Below, piece by piece: positions 34,449 through 46,517 of a stretch of 64,000 bases of DNA. The position numbers and the translations under genes are program-made. Numbering within the stretch: position 1 is the stretch's first letter; each line of letters starts with the position of its first letter. The notes under the pieces are model-generated. The model had not been told where the DNA came from. It searched no databases and saw only the letters and a program-made list of their open reading frames with translations. The stretch spans positions 36,828,001 through 36,892,000 of the forward strand of contig OZ076414.1 in NCBI GenBank assembly GCA_964187785.1, read 5' to 3'. The DNA is from Amphiscolops sp. MND2022 (taxonomy: Eukaryota).

Positions 34449-37049
34449 GGATCTGTAGTTTGTTCGGGCGACGTGTCGGTTTCAAGTCGCCATGGATCAT
34501 TAGTGCCTTCTGCATTCGGTGATGGCATGTCCGTGGAGTATTTTTCGTGTATTCCGACTACTGCTGCTACAAAACCTGGTAAGAAAACTCATAAGATCAT
34601 GGGAGCGGTTTTAGTGATAATTGTTTTACAACAAACGAGGGTTAACAATCATCGTTTTTTTGTAGGTGATCTTAGAAGGTGCAGAACTATAGTAAACATT
34701 GTCGCTTTTAATTGTTATGGTTGTTGTAGTTCGCTCACGGAAGATCAAGACGCTCAAACCGTCCTACTTCGTTTCTGGTGTGGTGGGAACTTTCTTGGGC
34801 TTCCCACGTCATAAGCGTGTTGTGGACGGCTTTGCTCGCTGTTTGTTATGCCGAGTAGACCTCAGTATTGCTGTGCGCGGACTGTCCTCCTTGTGGGATG
34901 GGATCATTGGAAAGGCATCGAGCACACAAGGTTGGAGCAAAAGTATAGAATCATGACACGGAATCCTTTATTGGACAAATCGTGTCGGCCCGTGAGTGCT
35001 GAAGAGGATCGGCGTATCAGACGGGCGCGCATGAATGAACCGCCAGTGACGTTGGAGTCTGGGCTATCGTTAACTGTGGAGGAAAGAATTGCGATTGAGG
35101 AGGCCCAGGAGGAAGAGGGACAACGTCCACATTTATCAGACGGAAGTGTCAGTTACCTGTGGCTGTGTTGTTTCATCAACAGTTTCGCGAATGTGGCTAC
35201 TTTCGCTGATGTTCTGCGCTTGGTAGACGCTTGACGGGAGTGTACTGCGAGTGAGCTGCGATTTGAGTGTCGCACGTTGACTTATCCTCGGTGTCAGGTA
35301 TGTATCGAGTTTTTTTCAGTTATTGTACGAAGCTGTTTGCCTGACGTTTGCTGTAATTTTTGCGTGTTGTATGATATTGAAACAAAATTGTGTTATATGT
35401 TTTTTTGTTTTTTTTGTAGATTGATACCGTTGGTTGAGTGTTGTTCAGAGTTTGGTGTTGTACGGGTTGTACCCTTATGTGGTAGAACAAATGGACCTGT
35501 TACTTGGAAGTTGTTCCTGTGCTGGAATTAGTGTTTGGCGTGATGGTTCACGGTGGCGAGCAGAGTTCCACGTCGTTAGTGAACATCGTGTCCAGTCAGT
35601 TGTCGTGGCCGTAGTTAGAGACTGTGCCGAATGGGAGCGGCGTCTGGTCGACAATGTGGTTCCTGTTCTGGCGTGCTTAGACGGAAGAAATCGGCTCAAG
35701 ACGATTTCTGTAGGAAGTGATAGTCTGGTGTGCAAAGCAGTCCGCGCGACAGTCAGTCCAATCAACCTGTTCGTAGCTGGGATGGTGAACCGTGCTACTG
35801 TGTTCCGAGAAGTTCAACGCCAGTTCAGGACAGAGCTTGCGGGTCTGGACCCTTTGAGCGTATTGCAGTATTTGCGTGTGCGTTTGATGTCTGTGTCTCA
35901 AGAGCGTTTCTTAGACAGACTACCTCATCTTCGTCAGATAACTAACTGTAAAGAAGTTGTTACTGTTTTTTTTTGAAAGAAGAAAGGGGTTGTGGGTGTG
36001 GGATACCTTGCTATGTTGGATTTTCACTGGTGTTGGCGTTTTGTTGCTAGTATATACGATCAGAAGTGGACGACGTTTTGGAGCTGGCAAAGACGTGTGC
36101 GGAAAAGGTCGAGTATTGGAACCACTTGACTTTTTATTTCGGAACAAACAGGCCTAACATAACCTCAAAACTTCGTGTTATCACGCCCCTGGAAAAGCAG
36201 TTCTTCGATGATGCGATGATCCGCCCGCGTTTTGCAGTTCTGCGTCTGGTGCTTGATTTGAGTGAGTATAAGGTTGGACAATTTCGGCGTCTGCTGATAT
36301 TTTTTGTTATTTTTATTTTGTTTTTTTTTTGCTTTAGACTTATGTTTTTTGATGTAGTTATTCCCGAATTGTTGCTGTTTTGGGTTCTACTTCAATAGGG
36401 TTTGTTTTAGTGGTAGAACACTGTGGTCGTCTTTGTGGGCATGGACGTGATCGTCAATTGGTTATTGAAAGAGAGTCAGCCCAATTCCTACGCGGTGTTA
36501 TGCAGTTTGTGTATCCGGCGAATAGTATTCCTGCTGAATTCGAAGTGTCGACGATACTAAAGCCTGTGGATGTGGAATGTGCAGAGATTGATACGAGTCT
36601 ATACCAACTACATTTCGGATAATTTTTCCGTTTTGACATTAGCACCCAACTACCGTTCTTTTACAAGTCTGCGCAGAAATTATTAGTCGGGCTTTGCGTT
36701 GGATTGACCAGAACATGGCAGCGAGAGTGGCATATGTACTTGAGCTTCACGCCTTTTGATCCAGTTTTGATCCACAGTGGTTCGGACGATCGACGTGTTG
36801 ATGGCAGTTGAGACTTGTGCCGCTTTTACCTCTCATGGATTACTGGAGACTTGTGACAGTGGGCTAGTTCAGCAGCAGTATCTAGAGGTTACTCAGTTTT
36901 TCAAACGTCGTTGGACTGCTGTGCAAGATGAAGTTCCTGTTGTTGAAGACATCTTTTCGATGTGGATGGCCTATCCACACTGGGAGCGTTGCCTGCAATT
37001 GAGACGTGTCCTGGATCTGGTTATTGGACTGACTATTACCAGTAGCTAC
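34449..37049 (+). pseudogene. Antisense spliced cargo gene (BED-like finger, hAT-like) assigned to element 4, 5' part
   Basis: Introns 34579-34665 and 35298-35419 (GT-AG, T-rich); ARCLLCRVDLSIAVRGLSSLWDHWKGIEH; LYPYVVEQM...AGISVWRDG; CLQLRRVLDLVIGLTITSSY at the insertion point of element 3. Confidence 0.6.
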
Positions 37050-37393
37050 TAAAGTACTTGGTTGTTATTGTTATTAAGTGTTGAGAGGGAATTAGGTCTT
37101 TTATCTGGATTACGATTAGTACTTTAAGAGACGCTAACAGAGCTGCAGTTATTAGGTCTTTTTGGTGAAGACAACTATTCGATGAAGAATCAATTCAAGT
37201 TGTGTTGTACAGATTATAATGTATGGTATTGAATATAAAGTAGTTACATCCGACAATTCATTTTACATCCAGAATATTAATTGAGTACATTCATAAATGA
37301 TGTGCACTGTTCTAAAGTCTAGACATATAGAGGTTGGGGGATAATTATAAATCATGAGATATTTGGTATATTAATATCATCTGGTATATCATC
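37050..37393 (-). repeat. 3' LTR of element 3
   Basis: Matches 52671-53013 with roughly a dozen differences (about 96%). Confidence 0.93.
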
Positions 37394-37809
37394 CGACCGG
37401 GTTTTGAAAAAAAAGAATTTTTTAAATTTGATGTTGTTTTTTAGAATTGGTTGGAGGAAATAATGAAATTGGAGGTTAAATCGTTTAAATTTTCAGGAGC
37501 TAGTTTAATACGGGCGAAAAGAAGGAATAAAAAAGGGGTTTGGCAGTTTCTGGTATAAAATGCTTAAAAGGAAGAAAGAAAAAAATTTTTTTAAGAGGAA
37601 ATCCTTGCTTTTACTCATAGAATTTTACTCATAGAAAGTTGTCTTCGTTTCTTAGAAAGTTGTCTTCGTTTCTTTCCTTTCGTGAGTTACGGGCAATATT
37701 AGGTTTTAGTCTGAATGAGGTCGTTTTATAAAGTAGCTAAATAGTGTTTTAATTAATAGAATAGAGGATGTATTTTAAGATTACAAAAGAAAAATTTTGT
37801 TTAAAATTT

Positions 37810-38127
37810 TTAAATTTTTTTAGAGTGACCTGCACATTCATGTTGGTGATGGGCTATGAGATTTTCATATATGATTATTTTCATATAGGATTTATTTTGA
37901 GTTTCTTCCGAGGCGGTAAAAGATTTGAGTGACAGGCAGGAATGCGTGAAAAATGGAAAATTGACAAGATTTAGGCAGTCTGATTGACAAAGTTCAGCAT
38001 GAAAGACTAAGATTCTTAGTTGTCTGGTAACTAAGCATTGATCTTTTTTGTCTTGTGAACAACTAAAAGAGAATGGCGGAACTTCAACGGAAAAAGATGA
38101 CGTGATCAAAGCAATTTTAAAAGCCAA
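37810..38127 (-). CDS. Putative small Cys/His-rich accessory ORF of element 3
   Basis: 105-aa sense ORF with CQSDC, HSC and HHQHEC; no homology recognised. Confidence 0.25.
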   Translation of the reverse strand: MAFKIALITSSFSVEVPPFSFSCSQDKKDQCLVTRQLRILVFHAELCQSDCLNLVNFPFFTHSCLSLKSFTASEETQNKSYMKIIIYENLIAHHQHECAGHSKKI

Positions 38128-38738
38128 AACAAATCCATGTGAGTCAATATGTGTTCAAAATTATATCATGTGGCAGGTTGATTTTTGATTGTGAAAAGGC
38201 AAAGAAATTTTTGAGCGAGCAAATGTATTCGCGAAATTAGCCAAAGACAAAGAGTTAGATACCGAGGTGAGTGAGTTTTAATATGTGATTCGATAAGAGT
38301 AAGGAGAAAAAAAGGAAGTGTTTTAGAACCGAAGTTATAGAGAAGCAAAGTTAAAATTTTGTGGGAGGAAGGTTAAAACAATGGAATTTTGATTTTAAAA
38401 AAATGTTTATTAAGGTGGAATAAAGGTAAAAAGAATAATGTAGCTCCACAATTTAAGAGAAATTGGGGCGTGGACAACATGCTAAAATGGGCGTTATAAA
38501 TTCTTGTTAGTTAGAACCGAAGTTATAGGGGAATTTTTCCATGAAATATGTAGGGAGTGAAGGGGGGAAAATTTAAAACAACATGAAAAAAGGAAGGGTT
38601 GAGCAGAAAGTAGAAGGTCTGGGGTTGAAGAGCAATATAGGGAGGGGGTGAGATTGTTGTACTAAAAACATAAAAGCATAGACAGTTTTGAGTAAAATGT
38701 ACAAGAGTATGTAGGGGAAAACAATCATACAAAATATT

Positions 38739-39458
38739 TTAATCAACATCATTCAATGAAGTTACTAAATTACCTAAGTCATTTAAGGGGGTGGGGAAGT
38801 GAGAGGGTGGTGTTATTGGTTCAATACGAATTAATGCGGGGGAAAGAGAGAGGGGTGGTAAAGGAGAATGGATTGTGTATTTTACTGGTACATGTGAACA
38901 ATGGGGGGTATAGCATTGAAGATAATTATGATAATTAGAGCAATTATGGGAGGGGATTTGAATGTTTAAAGGTGATAAATGTCGAGGTTTTGACTGAGTC
39001 AATTTGAATTCACGCAATTTTGAAGGAGGGAGTGTATTATTAATATTATCCAATTCAAGAGTAGTTTGTTGAATAAGTTCATCAAGATGTCTTTCATAAA
39101 GTTTTAATGCATCAATATATTGTGCGATTTTCTGTTTATAGACAGCTGTGTGGACCAGTCGACGGACGGGTGGACCAATTCCATCGAAAGGTGGCTGTGG
39201 ACGTCTGGGATGCCGTGGTTTCTTGCGTTGAAGATCATTGGTCAGTTGACGGACGGCAGAATTTTGTTGAAGATTGGGAGAAGTGGCGACTGCATCTTTG
39301 GGATGAAGAGAAGAAGTGAGGTCTGTCATCTCAACTGGAGATTGGAGAGAAGAAGAAATCACTGGGAGAGTAGTTGAAGCAATGGTTGTCGTCAAGAGAG
39401 AAGAAATGAGCGGCAGTTGAACAGTAGAGGTCGAGGAAGCAAGTGATGTCACAGACAC
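38739..39458 (-). CDS. Accessory ORF C of element 3 (Ser/Thr-rich N-terminus, basic and coiled-coil-like centre)
   Basis: 239-aa sense ORF; RKKPRHPRRP, KIAQYIDALKLYERHLDELIQQTTLELDNI. Confidence 0.5.
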   Translation of the reverse strand: MSVTSLASSTSTVQLPLISSLLTTTIASTTLPVISSSLQSPVEMTDLTSSLHPKDAVATSPNLQQNSAVRQLTNDLQRKKPRHPRRPQPPFDGIGPPVRRLVHTAVYKQKIAQYIDALKLYERHLDELIQQTTLELDNINNTLPPSKLREFKLTQSKPRHLSPLNIQIPSHNCSNYHNYLQCYTPHCSHVPVKYTIHSPLPPLSLSPALIRIEPITPPSHFPTPLNDLGNLVTSLNDVD

Positions 39459-40541
39459 AGGGGATGAAGCATCAGTGGTTGAAAGAGTAAACGTCGAAGA
39501 TGTAGAAGATGCAGAGAATGGGAGAAAGGTTGTCGAGAAGTTGATTAAGAAGAGGGTATGCCAGAGTGGAAGGAGGATAAGATGACATTACTGAAACAAA
39601 ATATTGTGGTTATTTTGTATGAATTGTATATAATTTAGAGCAATTGAATGTAGATAGAGAATGATGTGATCAAATTTATTGATGTGAGAGCAGAAAGAAT
39701 ATTGGTTGAAAATTGGAAAATAGATATTTGTTGAAGTATTGAACTTTAGAGGAGTTAAAGGAGCAAGTGAAAAGTAGAAATTAAAGAAGAGAAAATGCTT
39801 GTAGAAAAAATAGAGTTATGAAAATTAAGAGTAGGTTGTCAAAACTCATGAAAGAGGAACAAGTAGAAATGTCACATGAATAAATCGAAGAACAAAAGAG
39901 ATTAATAGGAAGAAGTGTCAAGAGAAAATGGAAGACATATGTTAATTAGAAGCGAGGAATATAATTGTATGAGAATTTAATGAAAGAAAAGAATACTTTT
40001 GTGAGAAGTCAATAAAGATAAGATATAGGAAATGGAAGTGTGTCTGAAAGGATTGAAAGGAAGTATGACGGATAAAAGATTTGAATTGAACAAAGAAAGA
40101 CACGAAGTCTGTGAGAGGGGAAAAGATTCTAAAAAGGGTAAAAAAATTGAAAGTAATGGTAAATATTTTTAAAGATGTAAACGCAAATAATTACCGAAGG
40201 AAGGGAAGGCAGATGAATATGGTTAGAAATTGGATTGAAAAAAAGAAAAATATGGATTAGGGATTTCATGTAAAGAAAATTTATCAATAGAAGAGAAAAG
40301 ATTTAAGATTAAGTGAATTGAGGAGGAGTTTCAAGTAAAACAAGTTTTTTAAGGAAATCGTTAACATGGATTGTAGAGAGTGTTAAATTTTGAATATCTG
40401 TTGAATGGAGTTGAAGTAAGGATTGGAGATTACTGAACGTGTCAAAAATATGGTTTAAGATAACAAAAGGATCGGTATTAGGAGCAATTTCAACATGAGG
40501 ACGGAGTAGAGTAAGAATTTCTGAACGAATTTGTCAGTAGA

Positions 40542-41786
40542 TCAGGAGAAGGAGTTGATACAAACATTAGGATTTGCAGTTTGGAGAACATAAGAAGTAG
40601 AGGGAGGAGGAATTGTTGAAGATGGAATTTGAGAAGATTCAGATACATTATTAGGAGGAGTATGTTTTGGGAGAGATTGGAAATCTTCATCAGAGACATT
40701 CAAAGAGAAGTATTTGTATTGTTTTTTCAGAATAAATGAGGAAAGTTTTGCAATAATGAAATTGAGTTGGGCAAGAGAATAATGTTTGTGAATTAGAGCT
40801 GTATATAAAGAGCGAGAATGATCATCAAGAGGTGTTTCCACTAATTTGTTCTTTTTTGGAAAGAAATTGGGAACAGCATTAGGGATATGGGTCGGAAGAA
40901 GAAAATCAACATTAATATTAAGAGCTTCTTGGGGAACGAACAAGGGACGCGTAGGATCATGGTAGGATGAGAGAATAAAATTTTGTTTGACAGGGTAATA
41001 ATCACGAATTGTTTCGATTGTGAAGAGATGGTTTAGGGAATAGTGAGAATGGTATGAAAATGAAGAAGTAAATTTGTGATTTTGGAAAATGAAGTTTTGG
41101 GGGTGTTTTTGTTCGAGAAAGAGTTGATAAGTTTGATGGTGAAGTTTTTTAACAGAAGGAGTTGTGGTAATATCGTTTGGATTAGTGTTTAGGTCATGTT
41201 GAGTCGGTTTAAGAAGATTAAATTGGAATTGAAAGGAACGAATACGATTATTCTGCCAAAAGGCGAGTTGGGGTAAGTTTTTGGAAGCATACGCAACATA
41301 GTGGTCAAAATTACGATCTTGAGGGAAACGAAATTTATAGGTAGTAGGGGTCATATATAATGAAGGGAGGTTAGCTTTGAAATTTGGATGGGTACGGAGG
41401 AATTCATCTGTCATGGTGTTGGATTGAGAAGGAGTTTTCAATGGATGAAGAGTAGGAGGTAAAATACCAGAATCAATGAAGACAGGATCTTCAAGAATGT
41501 TATATTTCTTTTTAGGGGGAATTGGATGATTATCAATAGTAATGTGAAGGTTATTTGGAGGAGGAGTAGGAGAGTGACGAGTTTTAAGGTTAGTAGAGGA
41601 TGGTTTAGTAAGAGTCTGAGAAGTAGTTGGGTTTGTATTTAGAGTAGGTTCAGGAGTATTGTTAGTTTCAAGAGGGAGTGAATCATTGACAAGGGGCATA
41701 TCAAGAGTACCAGATTTAAGAGAAAGAGGGGGTGATAAAGAAGCGATGCTTGACAGAAGTTCTTCTTCGGGATTTTGAGATACCAT
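40542..41786 (-). CDS. Accessory ORF B of element 3 (414 aa, unknown function)
   Basis: Longest uninterrupted ORF downstream of env; Pro/Thr-rich N-terminus then an aromatic-rich globular-looking region. Confidence 0.65.
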   Translation of the reverse strand: MVSQNPEEELLSSIASLSPPLSLKSGTLDMPLVNDSLPLETNNTPEPTLNTNPTTSQTLTKPSSTNLKTRHSPTPPPNNLHITIDNHPIPPKKKYNILEDPVFIDSGILPPTLHPLKTPSQSNTMTDEFLRTHPNFKANLPSLYMTPTTYKFRFPQDRNFDHYVAYASKNLPQLAFWQNNRIRSFQFQFNLLKPTQHDLNTNPNDITTTPSVKKLHHQTYQLFLEQKHPQNFIFQNHKFTSSFSYHSHYSLNHLFTIETIRDYYPVKQNFILSSYHDPTRPLFVPQEALNINVDFLLPTHIPNAVPNFFPKKNKLVETPLDDHSRSLYTALIHKHYSLAQLNFIIAKLSSFILKKQYKYFSLNVSDEDFQSLPKHTPPNNVSESSQIPSSTIPPPSTSYVLQTANPNVCINSFS

Positions 41787-42054
41787 TTCGGAGTGAGAAA
41801 AAGTTTGTTATAAATAAACAAGAAAAACAAGATGATGCAAGTGTGCGTGGTATGAAGAGTATAAAAGATTATGATTATAATGAAGATTTTCAGGAAAGTT
41901 TCAAGTCAAGTGATTGTTGAGGAAGAAAGGAGAAGTGACTAACAGATGAGTGAAAATTATGACAAATGAAATGGGAAGTAAGTGGAGATAATCGTAATTA
42001 TTATGGAGAGGAGGTAGAATAATAATATTCAAGATTATTTGGTTGAAAATTAAG

Positions 42055-44863
42055 TTAGGGGATTATTATTCTGCAGAGAAAATGAAATATTGAAAAGTTA
42101 GTATAATTTTCCGGAGGGAAACGGCAAGAAGAATAAGTTTTGACAGGACTGTCAGGTGGGTCAAAAATATTATTGACAGAAGTTAAAGGGATGTCGTTAG
42201 TTTTAATTGGCGGCGGAGTAGGGGGATAAATTTTAGTAGATTGACAGGGGTTATGTACGGGGGAATCGGTGGAAGAATTATCACAATTGGTGTCATCAGG
42301 AGGGGTATTATGCAAATATAGGGGAGAAGATAATGAAGATATTGGAGGGGGTCGAGGAGAAAGATTATTATGAGAGAGAAGATGAGAATTATAATTTGGA
42401 GGAGGGGGCGAAGAATTGTCTGTGTTAAAGGATGGTGCATGATCAGTGGGAGTAGAATGAAGAACAGAAGAGGAAAGGGGTTTAATTGGAGAAGAATTAG
42501 GCGAAGATCTTGGCACTGGGGTTTTATTTTTTAAATTAAGGATTTTAGTTTTAATGTTATTATGATAGTTAGGCGGACGGGGTTTGGGACTAGTAGAAGG
42601 AGTGTGATTTTTCGCTAATGGGGAATGGGGTGAATCTGAATCGTCAGATTCTGGGTGTGAATTAGATGACTTAAGCATAGCAGTCATCATGGTTTGGGTA
42701 ATAGTTCCAAAAAAACCAAATCCTAAGGCGGTTAGAACAGAAATTTGTTTTTTAAGCAAATTTCGAACAGTAAAGGAACGATAAATACTGAAGAGCGTGT
42801 TGAAAGCAAATTGTAAGAAAAGAGCAGTAGAGAAATAGATTCCACATTGGGTTAAAATATAGCATGGATAGCCAAAGAGTTTTATGAAAGCATCGGTAAA
42901 CCAGGCAGGAGAGAAAAATGGGGTTAAGTTTAACATATAGTCGCGAAGACCAATTCGGTGTGATCGGTAAGGATTATCTGGAAAAGAATTAGCAGATTGT
43001 TGATTCAAAAATTCATAGCTAATAGCTTTTCCAAGGAGTTGAAGAGTAATGTCAGAATGTTTAGTAAATAAAACTCGATTCCAAAAATGTTTTAATTCTT
43101 TTTGAGAATAAATGCCAGCATCTTGAGCAGTGAAGGTATTAGGACTAATAGCAGTTTGAAATTGGGTTGGTTCAAAAAGAAGAGGGGGATCTTTTTTAAA
43201 AGGTTGAGGCGTTAAAACATAATATTGATCGGTGTCTGGGTCAAGAGAAATAACATTTTGAGGGTTATTTTCACAAGGAATTTGATTGGCATATTCGAAA
43301 GTTTGACGGGTAATAGGGTCGACATACATAACTGTGTCAAGATAATTGACAGGAATTTTGTCATAGCATTGATCAGCGATGTTTAAAAGTGAAAGGTGAT
43401 GAGGACAATCGTATAACCAGGCGGTCGAGCCTTCAACGTATAAAAAGTTACTACGGTTTTGGGTTAAAAGGAAACCAGCGAGTTGTGGATTTTTAACAGA
43501 CATGGCGAGGATTGTTAAAAGTTGGGTTCGTTCGACTTCACATATAGTATGAAGAGTACTACGTTCAGCAACAGACATGCTTTTAAATACATGATTTATA
43601 GAATAGTCAATTTTGGTGTTAATATGAGCTTCGTAATCAAGGGTGGCAAAATTATTTGAAGAGTTTAGATCCGGGAAAAAAATTTGTTTTGGGTATGAAT
43701 TTATTTTCCAGATATTAACTGAGTAGTAAGTTGGTTGTACTGTTTGTTTTGTGGAAGTGGAAAAGGATTAGGTTCACCAGTATGCATATTAAATTCTTCT
43801 TTATATGTTATGAAAAGATCAGGGCATTGAGTAAGATGAAAAGGAGTGGGTTTATTACAGAACATTTTTTTTCAGGGAAGATTTCAAAACGAGAGAGGCG
43901 GGTTTGAGATTTGGTATCATGATAAGGAGTATCTGTTGGAATAGTAGAGGAGTGATTATTAAAAAAGTGTTCGGTTTCAAGCCAATAACGATTATTGAGC
44001 TTAGACATTCTACCAATAAAGGAAGTAATAGAAAAGATTAAACAAAGTTCTTCGGGGAACCAAACAATGGTGAATGGTGTTAATATAGTTGGTTTACAAA
44101 AACCATCATCGTGGAGACAAGGTAAAGTATGTCCATGGTAAATTAGTTTATTGTCTTTATCGTCATAAGTATTTTCAATTTCTTTTACTATAAGAGACCA
44201 TCTATCTTTTTCTATAATGTATTCATAGCGGTCCCAACAAACAGCTTTTTCTTTTAGAGTTGAATTTAATACTAATTGTGAATTGGAAATCCAAGCGAAA
44301 GCACCATAATGAAAGCTGTTTAGTTTAGTAATACGAAAAGGGGGTTGTTTTGTTTCTAAAAGACGTTGTTTTTGAATATCATCGAAGAATGTGAAAGAAT
44401 TAAAAGCGTCTAGTTGAGGGTAGTTAGTTCCGTTCAAATGGCGGATAGCATGTTTGCATTCGGTAGGATCAAAAGTACGAGGACGTTCCATAGTATTTTG
44501 ATGATAATCAGTACGAAAATGACGACGATATTTGTAATCTGATTGAGCACAGAAAAATTTTTCACGTTTTACATAAGCTCCACAGGTCCAAGCTTAATGA
44601 CGTTTAGCCTTAGCGCGAACAAAAACATTGACAATAGCACGGGTGCTTTCAAAAGCAGATGGAGCTTGAGCGCATGATTGGACTCGAGTAATACTGAACT
44701 GTATTAAATTATGTTGTTTAGAACAATCGTAGTGAGAGACTAAAAGGTCCGAAATATGAGGATCATTGGGATCTACATGATCAGAGGAGGAGGCAGTTTG
44801 AGAAGAGACTAAGAAAAGGGGAGAAAGAAAATAAAGGAGCGAGGGAAAAAAGAGGAAATGCAT
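42055..44863 (-). pseudogene. env: Envelope glycoprotein, class III fusogen (chuvirus G / herpesvirus gB-like), frameshifted
   Basis: Signal peptide MHFLFFPSLLYFLSPLFLVSS; HYDCS; LDYEAHINTKIDY; CEVERTQLLTILAMSVKNPQLAGFLL; CYDKIPVNY; AGIYSQKELKHFWNRVLF; C-terminal hydrophobic segments and Pro/Ser-rich tail. Confidence 0.8.
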
Positions 44864-45003
44864 TTTAAAATTGGGCAGTATATTTCAAAAATGTGAGGGT
44901 ATTAAGTAATGTAATGGAGCCGTGTAAAAGACGAAAGGGAGGATGGTCGCTGACAAAGAGACTAAGGTTGGTGGCAATAAAAGGATGAGGAAGAGATTTA
45001 AAA

Positions 45004-46188
45004 TTAACTGTTGTATGCAAGGGAATGGGGTGTGGACTCAAGTTGTGAAATTTGACGTTAATTTCAAATTTAAGCTCTAAATCCGTGCCTTCAAGGCGAA
45101 GAAATTCTTTACGGCGACGTACAATTGAAATATGGGGATTCGAATTAAGTTTATGAGTGGCAAGGTAGAGAAAGCGAGGATCTTGGCGAGGGCTACTGAC
45201 AAGAGTGTTATTTACGATTAAAGGGTAATCAACACGATTAGGTGTAGGAGGAGTAGAGTATTGATCAGTAGAGAGATCAATATTAAGTAGATGACTATCA
45301 GAAAGGATAGTGGAATTATGTGAGGTGGGACCAGAGAAAAGGTGACCAGAGTGATTATAAGAGGAAATAGAAGAACGTTGAGAAAAGGTAGTGTCAATTC
45401 CCGAAGTGGGAGAGTTGTCTGCGTTAGAGAGAGAGTCCGAAGAAAGAGATTGAACGTGATGGCGTAGAAGAGAAGAGTTGGTACTTGCGAGAGAAGGAGA
45501 AGGACGACGATTATTTCGAAGATTATATCTATGACGAAGTGGAGGATGAAGAGAAGATTCAGAGGTGGTGTCAAGAAGGTTATCTAAAGAAGAAGTTGTA
45601 TATTTCGAGGCGGAATATGTAGGAGGAAGACGAGGATAAAGAAGAGAGGATGTAGTTGAATCGATTTCGGTTAAGTCAGATTTTTTCTGAAGAGAATCAA
45701 GAGATTCAAGGGCAGGGATTTTAAGAGATTTAGGGGGAGGAAATGAAGATTGAGAGGAAATATGAGAACAAGGTGGAGGTATTGGAAGAGAATTATCTAA
45801 TTGGGAGCGTGTGCGAAAAGATTTTATGGAGGTAGGTATAAATTTTGGTTTGGGGGGGAGTTGGATGATTAATATTTCGAAAGAGAATAGGGTTTATATC
45901 ACTGGGATCAGGGATATGAAAAGAGGAAGGAGGTGGAGAATGGTTAGGGGTTATATTAAAAGGGTAGTCAGTATCTGAAAGTGGGAGAGTTAAAGAAGTT
46001 TGAGTTTGTTGAGGAATAGAAGTTTTAAGAGGAGTGTCAGTTGGGGTATTAACAGGGGTGGTATCTAAAGAAGGGGTGATTCGTATAGGGTTCAGGGGAG
46101 GTTGTTGAGGAGTTGGTAAAAAATTTTGCGAGGAAGGTAGAGTGTCAGTTGAAACAGAAGAAGAGGGTTGAGAAGAAGAATCAGACAA
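45004..46188 (-). pseudogene. Accessory ORF A between integrase and env (Ser/Pro/Thr-rich, basic C-terminus), frameshift near 45790
   Basis: ORF 45793-46188 continues as DNSLPIPPPCSH...RRRKEFLRLEGTDLELKFEIKRQISQLE...AYNS* ending 45004. Confidence 0.45.
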
Positions 46189-46517
46189 AAATACAGTAAG
46201 ATCCAGGATGGAAAGAAAAGGGAGATATATTACAACTTTTATTAAGTATGAAAAGATTAACGAAGATTGATATTGGAAAGGAGTAAAGTGTAGGTGGAAA
46301 GTAGTGAAGAGAGATTTGGGGAGAATACAAATTCTGTTTTGATGAAATGAAGGTTTGACGCAAGCAACCGTTCAGTTAGATTTCACTAAGGTAAAGTGAA
46401 AAAAAGGTGTATACTGTACAAGTACTAACTAAATTGTCATGCGTCAGACTCTAATAGAAGTCTAGACTAAGGACAAAATGTAAAGGCAGGAAATCCAATT
46501 AAAAAATGAATATTTAT

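Noticed and set aside
37604-37675. Two short adjacent tandem duplications near the 3' LTR of element 3
   Set aside because: Local slippage; no structure or periodic array evident.
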